From: Antedon mediterranea
Lineage: Eukaryota > Animalia > Echinodermata
NCBI RefSeq assembly: GCF_964355755.1
Contig: NC_092676.1
Coordinates: forward strand, 23,206,871 to 23,270,870
Reading direction: 5' to 3'
Length of the DNA: 64,000 nucleotides
The notes below the pieces were generated by a model. The model saw nothing but the letters and a program-made list of their open reading frames with translations. It had not been told where the DNA came from and searched no databases. Position numbers and translations under genes: made by a program. Numbering within the stretch: the stretch's first letter is position 1; the number at the start of each line of letters is the position of its first letter. Below, one piece after another: positions 1-12,667 of this stretch.

Positions 1-1
1 A

Positions 2-577
2 TATTTTCTAAGAAAGCTAAATAAATTTAATGTTAGCTGTTGTACTTTAAAATTATTCTATGAAACAGTTATTCAATCAGTACTAGTTATCTCTTTTATT
101 GCTTGGTTCGGTAATTTAAATGAAACACACAAGAAAGGTCTCATTAGAATTACTAAGATAGCATCAAATATAATTGGTTGTACGGTTAATGATTTAAAAT
201 ATCTTTATGAAAAACAAGTCTTAAGTAAAATTTTAGAAGATAAGAAACATCCATTACATATGAGATTTTTTAAGAACAAGTCAGGCCGGTTACGGGCTCC
301 TAGAGCTGATACGGTACGTCAAGAAATGTCTTTTGTACCAAATTCAACTCATATTTTTAACTCAAAGATTGTTAGATCATAATAGCGCACATGCAATATA
401 TATTTTAAAGTTTTACTGTTGATGGATGTTTAATTAATGTTTTTAAATTGTAAATTTGTTCTATGTATGATGTAATTATGAATGTTTTACCATATTTTTC
501 TGTCGAGGAAAACAATTTTTCCATGTACAATTTATTTTATATGGAACGAATAAAGATTTGATTTGATTTGATTTGAT
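2..577 (+). mobile_element. 3' end of a Rex1/Babar-like non-LTR retrotransposon (ORF C-terminus, 3' UTR and microsatellite tail); continues off the window start
   Basis: Open frame 2-382 reads YFLRKLNKFNV...KLFYETVIQSVLVISFIAWFG...IIG...ILEDKKHPLH...SGRLRAPRADTVRQEMSFVP. This is the post-RT C-terminal signature of Rex/Babar-type LINEs. It is followed by AATAAA and a (GATTT)n tail at ~549-577. Confidence 0.8.
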
Positions 578-643
578 AATGTAGTCCTCCTAGATCGAAC
601 GAATTGGATCAGATTTGAGTTTGCATTGAAATAATATGCACAG

Positions 644-802
644 TATGCAGGTGCCGCAAGCTCGGCTCGAACAGCCAGAAGCTGGACTATCGCTGAGCTG
701 GTGTGTGGTATTATAATGCTCACTATCTGGGTCATAATGTTAATTGTCGGCGCGTCCACGGCTAGTTCTAGTTATTCCTACAATACGTATTCGTCTTACT
801 AG
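644..802 (+). pseudogene. Remnant of the last exon of a CD225/dispanin-family gene (paralog 1), 5' part missing
   Basis: Translates YAGAASSARTARSWTIAELVCGIIMLTIWVIMLIVGASTASSSYSYNTYSSY*, homologous to the last exon at 5030-5161 (DAGAASSARSARSWTIAGLVCG). It lacks the first ~9 codons, has a G>E change in the TM segment and lies just downstream of a LINE. Upstream exons would be outside the window. Confidence 0.6.
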
Positions 803-1994
803 CCGAAAAGGAAAAGACAAAACCTGTTAAAGATCCATTTATATACCCAGTGCAAATTATAGAAATCTGTCGGTTTCACGACGCAGTTCAATTCCTATTT
901 TTTTTCATTGTTTAACAAAAACGGTCTTCCGTTCTGTGAAACGGAACAATTGTGTAGCTTACTCCATGGCATGACTGTTTTACGGTTATTAGCCCTGTCA
1001 TGGAGACATATACCTTTCTGCTATTGTTTTGTTTCACCTTTATTATATATCAATGTATTTTAAGACTTTGTATTGATGATTAACTAACTAATGTTTAGAG
1101 AGTAATGCAATTTTTCATAGACTACCATATACATTTAATAATCATATTGATATTTTTACTAAAATTTATTTCAAAATGAAGATTAAATGTTCACTTCTTG
1201 AACAGTCTGCATAACCTATTTGATTATTATTATATCTCTTATTGTCATCATTTTAAATTAATAGCATGCTGATCTATATATATATTAATATTTATATATT
1301 TGTATTTGATTATCTGTTTTTGATGTTGTATTGTTTTATGTTTCAAACCTGTATATGGAGGTAATTATCGCTGTTGGTTTTGATTGAATATAACAAAATA
1401 AATAAAATAGAAAAGTGGCAAAATATTTATAATATTACAATGGAAATGCATTGTTTATTTTATCAGTGAGTTGTCTACAGTAAAACCAAAGCAACGTAAA
1501 GTTGTTTGAGCACCGACTTATTTTCAGATTTAGATTTCAGATTTAGATTCTAAGACGATTACCTCTTAGACATTACCGTCAAGGAAAAGTCCTAGATCAA
1601 CTATTAGTATTACTCGCCCCCACCACCCGGAAATCCACAGAACTACCCTAAAACCATATCGCTCAGTTACCACGGGGATTTTTCAATGACTTGGTAGTTT
1701 TCCAGGGGCGGGTGTAATTATCATCCAGGTCGCTAGCGAATTTCAACATGATTAAACACCCGTACTTCTTCTATGACGTTTTCCAAAAACGGATTATTCT
1801 GATTGGTTAAAAACTTTATCAGTAATCTGATTATACTGAGCAACGGATTTGATTGGATAGAATTAGAATTCAGATGTTCCTTTTGTTTGCCTCTCGCACT
1901 ATAAAAAGACAGGCTGTGTGAATGCATTTGTAATATACCGGAAACTCGAATCAAAATCAGATCTAATTTGTTTAATCATCACACTATATCAACA

Positions 1995-4900
1995 ATGTCA
2001 TCAGATAAGACTCAAGGTAGGGGTATACACTTAAATGTATTCCTGTTTTTTTAATTACTGTACAGATTTTTAATACGCGGGAAAGTATAGTTGCTAAAAT
2101 GGTTTTTAAAATGACTGCCAAAAACACGGTCTTATTTAAAAAATATAACCGTTTTGATGGGGGTGTGAATAAACCCTTTTATCCAGATGTTTTTACCCTT
2201 CGTTAAATTAGAAACCGTATCATAATAGGGGTCCCGTTATCACCCTTACCCTAACCTAAATTATTATTGGTATCAATATCAATACACATAAGTATATATT
2301 AATATCCTTGAGCATGCCCCTGTATTTTAAGCGTAATTCCCACTAGAACGCAACGAAACGCAGCAACGTATCGAATCGAAGTGATGTATTGCGTAGTCGC
2401 AAGTGGGAACCGACGACGCAACAGTGCTGTAAAAATCGCAGGTTTGATTTCACGTAGGCGGGTACAAACACAATGATTAGAAGGGCATTTTCTTACGTTG
2501 CGTAAATTGCGTTACGTTGCGTCGCTAGTGGGAACCAAGCAACCTAGGCCTGCTAAAATGGCAAACCAATCTTCCAGTCTCTACCAGGAACGTTTAATAA
2601 CGGTAAACGTATATGCCTACAATATCTTAATAGAAGATTCAGCGGACTGGAAATAATCTATTTTATTCATATTTTATGTAATGACATATGTATATTTCTG
2701 CTGTTCATAAATGCATTGTCCTTTGTATGCTGAATGCCAGTAATTACCTTCGTGGTAGGATTGCCATACTTTCAATATTGTTTGTAAAGAATAAAATAAA
2801 GTAAAATAATAAAACTACTGAACGTTATGCTCCACTTGTCATAATTTATAAATAAAAGACAAAACGTTTCCTGGTGAAAAAGAAAGCATTGTCCTTTGTA
2901 TGCTGAATGCCAGTAATTACCTTCGTGGTAGGATTGCCATACTTTCAATATTGTTTGTAAAGAATAAAATAAAGTAAAATAATAAAACTACTGAACGTTA
3001 TGCTCCACTTGTCATAATTTATAAATAAAAGACAAAACGTTTCCTGGTGAAAAAGAAACTTAGGCCAGTTAGGCCTAAGTGCTGATTTTTACACCGATTC
3101 TCGTACGGTATCGACAATAAACAACACACGCAGTGTCTTGTCTGCTGACTACAAGTAGCTTTCTCCCACATTATACAAACTGTTGACAGCTTTAGGCTAG
3201 AAAAACATTTATTTGTTCATAATAATATTATGTACGATAAAAATACGATTAAATAATCTTTCAATTTTATTTACTGTACTCACTCAGTATACGAATATTT
3301 AAACAAATAAAAAAGTAAAATAAATATAAACAAGAAATATTTCGTATAAAAAACGCCGCTCATCTCACGGTAACTACCGTCTACATGCATCTCACTATTT
3401 ATAAGCAAATGGTTTCTTAGACTCTCTTTGGGGTGTGCGCATGCCCAGTTAGATTTTCCAAATACCCATTTTTTTTTTACCCAGCCGTAGTCTAGTAAAC
3501 TGCTATAAGCTACCGCATGGTACCATTATACCCTATGCTTCCGTTCTCTTAAATATAACTGCCTAAAGTAGCGGTGCGAAAAATGTTAAGCTGATTCAAT
3601 TATTGATGAAGGAGACGTGAAGATAGTGTTTTTTTTATTTGACTTTATCGAAGCAGTACTGCAGAAAATGTTCTCAACATGTTACATATTTCTAATAAAT
3701 GTTATAGATTTGTTAAAAAATATTTGTTGACAATTTTCTTCATAATTATCCCATACGGTGTAATTTACTGTCCCGCGCGAGGCGCGTATATGTACGGGTT
3801 GACTTTTTGGGGTCACTGAATTGCACTTTTTGAGCTAAGTTAAAAAAATGCAATTTTTCGGAAGGCCAAAACATTACACATAACAATAAAACCAACAATT
3901 ACAGAAAGTTACAGTCATAACAATGTATTTTGCATTTTTCCTAAACCTATTTAAAATACCTTATTTAGCCTCAGTCAATTTGGGTAGAAACTTCGCGTCT
4001 TCAAAGGTAATACAATCAAATTAATTTACTCTTTAACGGGCCTTAAGAAAAATGAACCTTTTAAAATATGTTTATGTTTTAGCCCCGTCTGCTGCTGCTT
4101 ATACCAATCAAGTTTATCCACCAAACACGGTAGGCTGTTTTATGTGTCATTCGTAGGTATAGTGTAGGTATAAACACGAAATTACGTATAGGTAGGCCTA
4201 ATAATAAAATAATAATATAGGCATATGTTTAGATTTGAATGAATATGGTGTAGGATACGGATTGTGATGTGCAAAACAACAATCAACCAATCACAAACAA
4301 CCAACTAACTATCTCTTGATATCTGCGTTGCATATAATAAAAATAATAAAATATTATATTATACATATATTTTGAATTTTAGCCTGGGTACCCGCAAGCT
4401 CAACCTGCAGGTTTCGCTAACTATATCGTCCAGCCCGTACCAGTGACCACAATAACCACTGTGAGAACTAAGCCTAAGACTTACCTCGTTCCAGCTATAA
4501 TTGTCACTTTATTCTGTTGTTTACCATTGGGAATTGTCGGAATTGTCTACAGCGTAAATGTAAGTTTTTTATTAAAAGTGAACAATACAAATGTTTTACA
4601 CGGAACTACCCTTTAACTACTGGCAATCCTGTTCTTCGTAATTTTCCAACTTTATTATTTTTTTTTTGCTTTTTGTTCAAATATATTATCCTTTTACTTT
4701 CTCCATTATATTAATGATTTGTATGTAATGTTTTTCTTTTTAAATTAATATACATTAATGTTCATTGTTTGAACCATAACTCTTTCAAATATTATACAGT
4801 TATATAAAGCATTAAAGCAGAGAATTTTGTTATTTAATGTCAAACTATGCGGTTGTACACACATTGTGAGATTGACAACATTGTTTCATATCCATAGAAA

Positions 4901-5161
4901 ACATTAAGTAACAAATAATCTTTTTAAAAAAAAGAAACAAAACTGATCCAGTATAGGTGATAACACTTTTTTTGTTTAGTTAGGCCTAATTTTTCTGTGT
5001 TTTACGCTTTTGATTATTTTGTTTTTCAGAGTTCGAGTAAGTTTAACCGTGGTGATGATGCAGGCGCCGCAAGCTCAGCTAGGTCAGCCAGAAGCTGGAC
5101 TATTGCTGGTCTTGTGTGTGGTATTGTTATTATTTGTGTGAACGTCGTATTACGACTGTAG
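1995..5161 (+). CDS. CD225/dispanin-family membrane protein (PRRT1/TMEM233/IFITM-like), paralog 2, ~125 aa, C-terminally truncated by a transposon
   Basis: Exons 1995-2016 (MSSDKTQ, least certain), 4083-4129, 4383-4559 (...KPKTYLVPAIIVTLFCCLPLGIVGIVYSVN) and 5030-5161 (SSSKFNRGDDAGAASSARSARSWTIAGLVCGIVII...). All junctions are GT-AG and in frame. CD225 hallmarks: LFCCxPxG hydrophobic segment, GD-x2-A-x2-S-x2-A loop, C-terminal TM. TATA-like TATAAAAAG at ~1900. Confidence 0.8.
2330..2541. mobile_element. PIF/Harbinger-like MITE, family A (TIR ~AGCnnGGTTCCCACTAG)
   Basis: Inverted termini GCGTAATTCCCACTAG...CTAGTGGGAACCAAGC with internal ACGCA repeats. A reverse-orientation copy lies at 13182-13391. 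Superfamily is inferred from TAA/TTA flanks. Confidence 0.65.
2713..3058. repeat. Direct tandem duplication of a 173-bp unit
   Basis: GCATTGTCCTTTGTATGCTG...CCTGGTGAAAAAGAAA occurs at 2713-2885 and 2886-3058, apparently identical. Confidence 0.9.
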
Positions 5162-8100
5162 TGTAGGCCACTATGTAATTTCGTGTCATTTTTTTGTTAA
5201 AAGCAAAATTCCAGCTGATTTAGTGTCTTTAGGATGTAAAGTAATGAAAAAAATATGTTGCCATTTTTTTAAAAAAGCTTAAGGGTGTCAAATCCAAGAT
5301 GGCCGCCAATACGTAAAATATCCAATAAATGTACCATATTGGACAAAGTAACACCCATTATGAATAATATTTTAAGTTCATATGGGTTCTCTGCTATATA
5401 AGAATTATTATAAACCTATATTCCTTAGTATTCTGACATTTTGAATTTCAAAATGGCCGCCATTTTTTAAAAATGGATTAAATTTCTTATTAAAACATGT
5501 ACAAGTTATGACGTTGATTGAAATCACATAAAATGATAGGCCTATGACAACAACATTGGTGATTAACACAAAATGGCGGCCATTTTGAATTTTAAAATGG
5601 CCGCCATTTTTTAAAAATGGGTTAAATTTCTTATTAAAACTTGTATAAGTTAAATAAAATTAGATTGAAATATACAAAATGATATGCTTATGACAACAAC
5701 ATGGTGATTAACACAAAATGATGACCATCAGGAGGTCTACAGTACTGACTGTACACTTCTTCATATTAAAACATCTCATAAACTTCTTCAGTTAAATGAC
5801 AACTAACTCTGCCAAAGTCCTTCAATGAAATATTTCTAATCTTGAATGCGATACAGTAAGTTGACCTTCCTTCGTTATCTACTACTGCATCCATCGAACT
5901 TCCACAGACTGATCTGCGTTTCCAGCAACCTTGTTCAGAAACAATTTGTCAAAATAACTGAAATACCTCATTTCACCGGCAAATAATCTCTATAGGAGTC
6001 TTCTTTTACTTTGATAAGTTTGTCACCTGTATTCACCGTCATATATATTTTTTGCCAATATTCGTCTTTTTCTTAGGATCCCATATAGACAGTTTTCCTT
6101 CTACAAGATTTTTACCAATGCCTCAAACATTTTCTGTCCAATTTCATCATGCCATGGCCAACAAACACCTTTGTGCGAATTGCAGCATTCTTCATTAATC
6201 GGGATATCATCTCTCTTTAAATGTTAACTAAATTTGCCAGCTCTGATGAAATCATTAATTTGTGTTATTCCAATGATACCACGCTCAATTACCCATATCA
6301 ATTGATGTAAATCCAGCAAGTCCCACACATACATGTCCTCTCATATACATATAGGGATATAGTTTAACCACATCATTTAGATTTCGTCGACTCTCTGTAT
6401 TCAAGTTAATATCTTTATGATCAGCCTCTTTCAAACAAAATGATACTTAACCTAGAATCTCTTTCTCTGTCTGCATTTGTAGAAGCAAGTTGTAGAGAGA
6501 AAGCAGAATTAGTGTGCTTTTGTCCTTTGGAGATGTTTTCCATTTAAGATATTTGTGTCACTGGTTGTATAAGTAATACAAGTTCACAAAAGCACTTGCC
6601 TCAACACTATTTTCACAATGCTACATGTCCAAAAGCCATATAGTTCACCGGGTCGACATAATAATTGCTTTTTGATGTCATCTCCGTCCACGTCCACTCA
6701 TCTAGGGCAAGAGTCATCACCAGGCATTCTTGTCTTTCCCTAGTACATGAGTTTTTATACCACAACCATGTGCACTCATCAAACCAGTGTATAATGCTGG
6801 TCTGTCTGTAGGGGGTACATATCTAATGAAATTGGTAGAGATTGTAGAAGATGAGAAGTAGGAGTTCATTCATTTACAAGATTTTTATAGGCAGAGCTGT
6901 ATCTGTATTTCCTTCAAGCTTCTGCCAAAAGTTGACAGGTTGAAAACTTACCAACCATACTTGTGACTATGGCCCTGAAGGTTCAGACATTGAATTACAT
7001 AGCAATAACGCATTTATTATTTACCGTTATACAGGATTTCACAATAAGGTATAAATGCATATTATATTGTGGTCCTATCTCCTGTCAAGTTTCAGTTTCA
7101 TGAAAAGAAATGAGATCTGTAATTTAGAATCTATATATAAATTATGGTTAATTAATTCTGACATAGACGAGCACAATGGAAAAACTTTGGAACAAATTTC
7201 TATCTCAGGTGTACCGCAAAATGTAAAACAGTTTTTACTATTACGATATTGTTCCATATTTCTATCTTAGGAATATATTATAAAGAGTTTTAAAACAAAA
7301 TTTCTGATTCATTGGTAGATTTTCAACTCAATTTCAATTGTACGCGGTCAAAGTAATTTCCGGGTTCACGATGAGTTCACAGGTTCACCTTGCAACTACC
7401 TGGTTTCAGTTAAGTTGGTCGTTAGTGGCTATAGCTATTTTAGTTTTTTGTTTATTTTCGGATCGGACCGCGCGTGTAAAGGTACAGTAGTTAAAAAATA
7501 AATCCCGATAGCCGAGTTTTATTGAGTAAGCTGGCAGGAATAACTGTAGGCTATCTGTGTCCCATTAGGGTCCATATTGCAAGCCGTCTAAAACACCTTC
7601 CTTCTTGGGCCGAAACGGCCTACACTGTCGCGGAAGTTAGTTTCAAAAGATGTTTAAATTAAATAATGTATTATGATGGTATTTATTTGAATAAACGCCT
7701 CCCCAATAAAACATCACTTTGAATAATAATCGCCTACACCCACCTACCCAACTATCTAATGAACGCCCATCCACATTAATTATACACACAATATTATATA
7801 TACTATTTATAATAGAATTCATTACACTGTTAACTATAATTTACCAAGCATTTGTTATAATTTTTTACCACTTTTCATATCTATTAGAGAATTTTATTTT
7901 ATTATAAATGTTAAGATATTATTAAAACTAAAAAATCCCTCGAATAAGCATCTCCCTCAAATGAACTCTGCCTCCCCACCTCCGCCCTATAAAACAATAA
8001 ACACTATACTATAAATTCCCCATGTTGTGACACTTGCAATGTTATTGAGAATGATAAACATATGTTAGTAGAGTGCATAACAGTAAAATGTTTATGGAGA

Positions 8101-8403
8101 GAGATAAACGAAATAATTAGAGCAGTAAGCATACATATTCCTGTTTTTTCTTTCAAAAGACTTTTATTTGAAACTGACAATAATTACGTAAATAAATTAT
8201 ACACTTTAGGAGCATTTTGTATTTATAAAGTAAAGATATTAAGTTTATTGGAAAAAGAAAAAAAAAATCAATCTCCTACAAATGTTTAAATCTGAAAAAA
8301 ATATAAGAAATATGTAAATCTGCAGGTATACTGTATATGCTCAACCAGATTAAGGAAGAAAATATGTAAATGAGATACCATGAATGATGAATCTATTATG
8401 TTT

Positions 8404-8438
<35 letters not shown>

Positions 8439-10554
8439 CTTGCTACTATACTGTATGTTTTGTAAACATGTATACCTTGATGATTTGAAAACAAAAAGAC
8501 AAAATGTGAAAAGCTTTTTATAGATTGATGATAAAAAAAAAATGATGAAGGATAAGAAGGTTTAGGTTTAAGTGGGGAAGTGTTTTCATCAAAGCTTTCA
8601 TATTATAGGTATATACCGTATATATGTAATTTGCACATTCTTACTGCATGTGGAATTTTGAAATGATAAAATGGTTAAAAAGAAAAAAAAGAATGTCTAA
8701 TTTTTTTAATGGATCATTAAACACAAATGTTGTTAAATGATAATGTATGTATAAAAAAATAATAGAATAAATAATAAGTAAAAAAAAATAATGGAATGAA
8801 CCCACATAGGAAAAAAAAAAGTTAAATGAAACTTTGATGGGTTATACTGTAGATGCAAAAAAGGATAATCTGTTGGAAATAAATTTTGTAAACATTTAAA
8901 GATCAAAAAAATCAATGTTAAAGGATGAGGAAAATATAATGTTAACAGTAAAAAGTTAGTAAGTAATTAGTATAACAGAGAATATGCATTGTTTAAATGA
9001 AAATATGTTTGCATAGATAAATCCAAAGAAAAATAAAATGGGACAAACCCATGGGATGGATTTATTAAACATAAACGTATTATAATTGTATGAAATAAAT
9101 ATGCATGTAGATGAAAAAAAAAACAAAAACAACTATGTAAGAAAAAATAAGCTTTGTTAATGAAAATGTGTTATAGATAATATGTATAAAAAGAGGAAAC
9201 TATGTAATCAATGTGGTTAAATGATAATGTATGTATAAACAAAATAATATATGGAAATAGTTTTTTTTTTTAAAGAAAATAAGTAAAAAAAAAAAAAAGT
9301 GGAATGAATCCACATAAGAGAAGAAAGTAAAAAAGTTAAATGAAAATTTAAGAAGTTATAGATGCAAAAAAGGATCTGCTGGTTTTGTAAACATTAAAGA
9401 ACAAAAATATTAATATTAATGTTAAAGGATGAGAACAATATTATGTTAACAGTAAACATGTAGTAAGTAATGAGTATAACAGAGAATATGCATTGTTAAA
9501 TGAAAATGTGGTAGATGAAAAAATTAAAAACAACTACGTAAGAAAAAAAAAAGCTTGTTAATGAAAATGTGTTACAGATAATATGTTTAATCAATGTGAT
9601 AATATGTAAACAAATGAATAAATAAGTATATGTATACAGATGATTAAACAAACATTGTAAATATAATGATATGTATAGTGTATAGTGAAAAATATATGTA
9701 AAGAGAACAGTGGTTTGGAAATAAAAGTGGGATGAACCCACATAAGATAAAAAAAAATAAACACTATACTTTAAAATGTTATTAATCATCTAAGACACTG
9801 TGAAACAGAGTAGGTTTAGTTTTTCGAATGTCTAGCATTTTCAATAATGGTAACCGACAGAAAACGTACAAGGAGAACGTCCTTCTAAAACCTTTTTACC
9901 CGAGTCATTATCATTCCGAGAACCTTCGTTTACACTTCCTAGAGGGGAGCGAGCAAACTAGAGGTCTAACCCTCTAGTTAGACGTAATTGTTGTTGAATA
10001 TTTGATATAAATTGTTAAGTTGTTCCATACTTTTGCAACTCCAACTTTGAACGATTATTTAATTTAATAGTCATAGTGGGGTATTATATATCTGTTATAT
10101 AGAGGAAATTGACAACTTTAGCCTTATATTTACAATTTACAATTCTGTGAGAAGTGACAATTTTAGAACATTGTGTACAAACAACAATTTATGCACACAT
10201 ATTTAAAAAAAAATATTTAAAGAATTTAATTTTTAGTGGCGGCCATTTTGAAATCCAAGATGGCCAACAGATTATCGCTTTACATAGTTAGGATTGTATA
10301 ATGGGTACAGTAATACCATCAAAACGGTCTTTTTCCGCATTCATAATTTGTATTATTGGTGATATTCTGATTTTTAATAGGGTTATTTGAATGTTGGCGG
10401 GCATCTTGAATTTGGTCCTTTAAATGTCTTTTGAAAAAATGGCAACATATTTTTTTTCATTCCTTATATTATCAAGATATGAAATAAAGTCAAAGTTTGC
10501 TTTTAACAAAAAATATACACGACATTCATATAAACGACATACCAGCCTACACTA
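5159..10554 (-). mobile_element. Academ-like DNA transposon (degenerate, 5.4 kb, with nested insertions)
   Basis: Termini TAGTGTAGGC (5159) and GCCTACACTA (10554) are perfect reverse complements. Imperfect TIR homology extends ~150 bp (TTTTGTTAAAAGCAAA, AATATGTTGCCATTTTTT). TSD CTG at 5156-5158 and 10555-10557. AAAATGGCCGCCATTTT subterminal motifs. Frameshifted minus-strand coding remnants at ~5750-6900 (DEIGQKMFEALV..EGKLSIWDPKKK..GDKLIKVKED). Confidence 0.75.
8011..9755 (+). mobile_element. 5'-truncated L1/Tx1-like retrotransposon nested in the Academ-like element
   Basis: 15-bp TSD AATAAACACTATACT (7996-8010 and 9756-9770). Frame 8011-8289 encodes SPCCDTCNVIENDKHMLVECITVKCLW, the C-x2-C-x3-E-x3-H-x4-C-x6-W zinc knuckle of L1/Tx1 ORF2. 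A long AT-rich 3' UTR ends AATAAAAGTGGGATGAACCCACATAAGAT plus an A tail. Confidence 0.85.
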
Positions 10555-10596
10555 CTGGTCTTGTTCTCCACGTACTATTCCGACTACGACTACTAG
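10555..10596 (+). pseudogene. Displaced original C-terminus of CD225 paralog 2
   Basis: After the right TIR the frame resumes (L)VLFSTYYSDYDY*, matching paralog 3's RLVLFFTYY*. Confidence 0.8.
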
Positions 10597-10812
10597 AGCC
10601 CATAGTGAAAGTTGTCGGGACTTCACGAAGAGGAAAGAATATACAGGATTATTTAAACATGTTCTACTTAGGCCTAAATATTCATATTTATTCAATTGCA
10701 TAAAAGGGGAGAGTAGAAGATAGCAATAAACAAAATAAAGTAAAATAATAATAATAATAATCAGATTTCGTTCGATTTTAGATTTCAGATGCCTTGGACA
10801 TGAGTTCATTAC

Positions 10813-11130
10813 AGATGTATTGTCCCCCTGAAAAATAATGTTTACACTTTTTGTTTTGAATATGCCATATCACATAATAGTTATCCACTTTGACCATAAA
10901 TTGGATCTAACAAAATTGTGATTTAAGGCAAAAAAATGGTCAAATTGGCTTCCAGATCAATAGATTTTTCGTTGAATTAAACCATTAATTATGTTATGTT
11001 AAGTGAAAACATTTTTTTTTTTTCGTTTTTTTTACGGAAGTAATTTGAACTGTTTGAACTACAAAATAACCTATTCAAAGTCTGATTTAATTAATTTTCA
11101 TTCTTAATGTTTTTGAGAGACAATACATCT
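10813..11130. mobile_element. TTAA-flanked MITE, family C (Kolobok-like, TIR AGATGTATTGTCCCC)
   Basis: AGATGTATTGTCCCC...GAGACAATACATCT|TTAA. Related copies at 27340-28024, ~43230-43540, ~48615-48828, ~49825-50128 and 61240-61560. Confidence 0.65.
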
Positions 11131-12631
11131 TTAATTCATAATAATAATAATAATAATTCATATATTAAATACAGGAGTTGTTTAAGCTTGTGTAGTGTTG
11201 GGCTAGATTTGCTTGATATTATTATCTATATATAAATTTACGTAAGGGCAAAATTCGGTAAATCTCGGTTTATTTCTAGAATTTTAACTCGATGGTATAT
11301 AAAGTTGGTTCATACTTTCGGTACTGATTTTAACCATCTGATGTAACCCTGTTTACTAATTAAATTGAGTTAGGTAATTAGTTATTGACGATTAAAACGA
11401 ATTTAGGTTCAACGATTTGCCCCAAATAGGGGTGTTTTCCGATCGTGGTATACACTGTCTAATGGATGTCCATCTTGAAAAATACCCGCCACAAAAATAC
11501 GAGGAGGCTTCGCATTTTCCTATCTCCTCCTACGATAATTATTTTTAATAGCTGAAAACTGGTTGAACAGCTAGGGTACAGCATCATAATGTTGAAGACA
11601 GGCCGATTTTCTTAAAAAAATACTATTTTGATAGATTTAATATACGATTATACAAATGTATTGATTTGCGATGAATGGAACATTCCAATCTCTGTTTCAC
11701 AAAATGTCTATTCCCTCAGGCGTCGTAAAGGCAAGTACAGTACTGTATACTCGAAATTCGATCCATTTTTGTTTTCAATCTGTGCTGCAGAGGTTGGATA
11801 TAATTTTTTTTAAACGGATAATGAGCTAGCGTTTTCACTCGCCGTGTATTATGTACAAATATTTATTATTGCAGTTAAACCACCCACATCATCACCTTTC
11901 CCTCACTGGCATGAGTAGCGTTGTAAAACCAGTAGAGAATAGGCCTACGGTACATCACATGCCCTAAACGCAGAACAACTTTGGTGGGTAGGGTAGGAAC
12001 CAACTTAAGTATGAATTGGCTCTAAGAAACAATTGAAAACCATTAGGCCTACTAATTAAGTTGAGTTAGATAATTTAATATTTATTGACGATTAAATCGA
12101 ATTTATGATTTTCCCCGAATAGAGGTGGTTTTCACAAATTGTTTTACATTATATTATAAACATATACACGTCGTAGTGATGTATCGTTACATGTGCTGTA
12201 CTATTTCAATCGACTAGGACGGTGATAGTTTCAACAAAGTATTACATCGCAATGTTTTACTGTGTTTAGTGGTATATTATTTGTAAAACATGAAAGCAAT
12301 TAATATTTCATTACTAAATGGATAAAGAATATATTTTAACATTGTTCCTCTTTGCACCCATCCTCTTCCCCATCCCTCAACCCTAATGTTACATACAAAA
12401 CACAAATTAAGTTTGTTTAAATTTGACTTAAACAATTGGTCTTATTTTGTGACAAGTTTCTCTTTCGGAAGTAATAGGGTGCTAATTTTAGTTGAGTACA
12501 TAAATCACAGTGTCTATTTATTCGTTCCTGTAAACGACATGTATTATTGTCCTGCGGTACGTACATTTGAAATCGCCAGTTTTTTAACGCTGAAATTATT
12601 ATGTATTCGAGAACCATCTGTGGGCACGACC

Positions 12632-12667
12632 TAGATGGTACGCGAGCGAAGCGAGCGTACCATCTAG
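12632..12667 (+). mobile_element. Helitron-like 3' terminus (GC-rich hairpin ending in CTAG)
   Basis: CTAGATGGTACGCGAGCGAAGCGAGCGTACCATCTAG|T, with perfect 13-bp arms. A degenerate similar motif lies at ~9941-9978. Confidence 0.5.

Noticed and set aside
532-759. 75-aa minus-strand ORF
   Set aside because: Antisense of the CD225 exon remnant plus the LINE tail.
5169-5175. CACTA/EnSpm terminus (CACTATG)
   Set aside because: The true inverted ends and TSD map 10 bp further out (TAGTGTAGGC / GCCTACACTA).
10424-10809. Three overlapping short ORFs
   Set aside because: They span the transposon right TIR and the displaced CD225 tail and UTR; not independent genes.
11704-11730. Candidate first exon for CD225 paralog 3 (MSIPSGVVK)
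   Set aside because: It needs a GC donor, has the wrong phase for exon 15338 and shows no similarity to paralog 2 exon 1.
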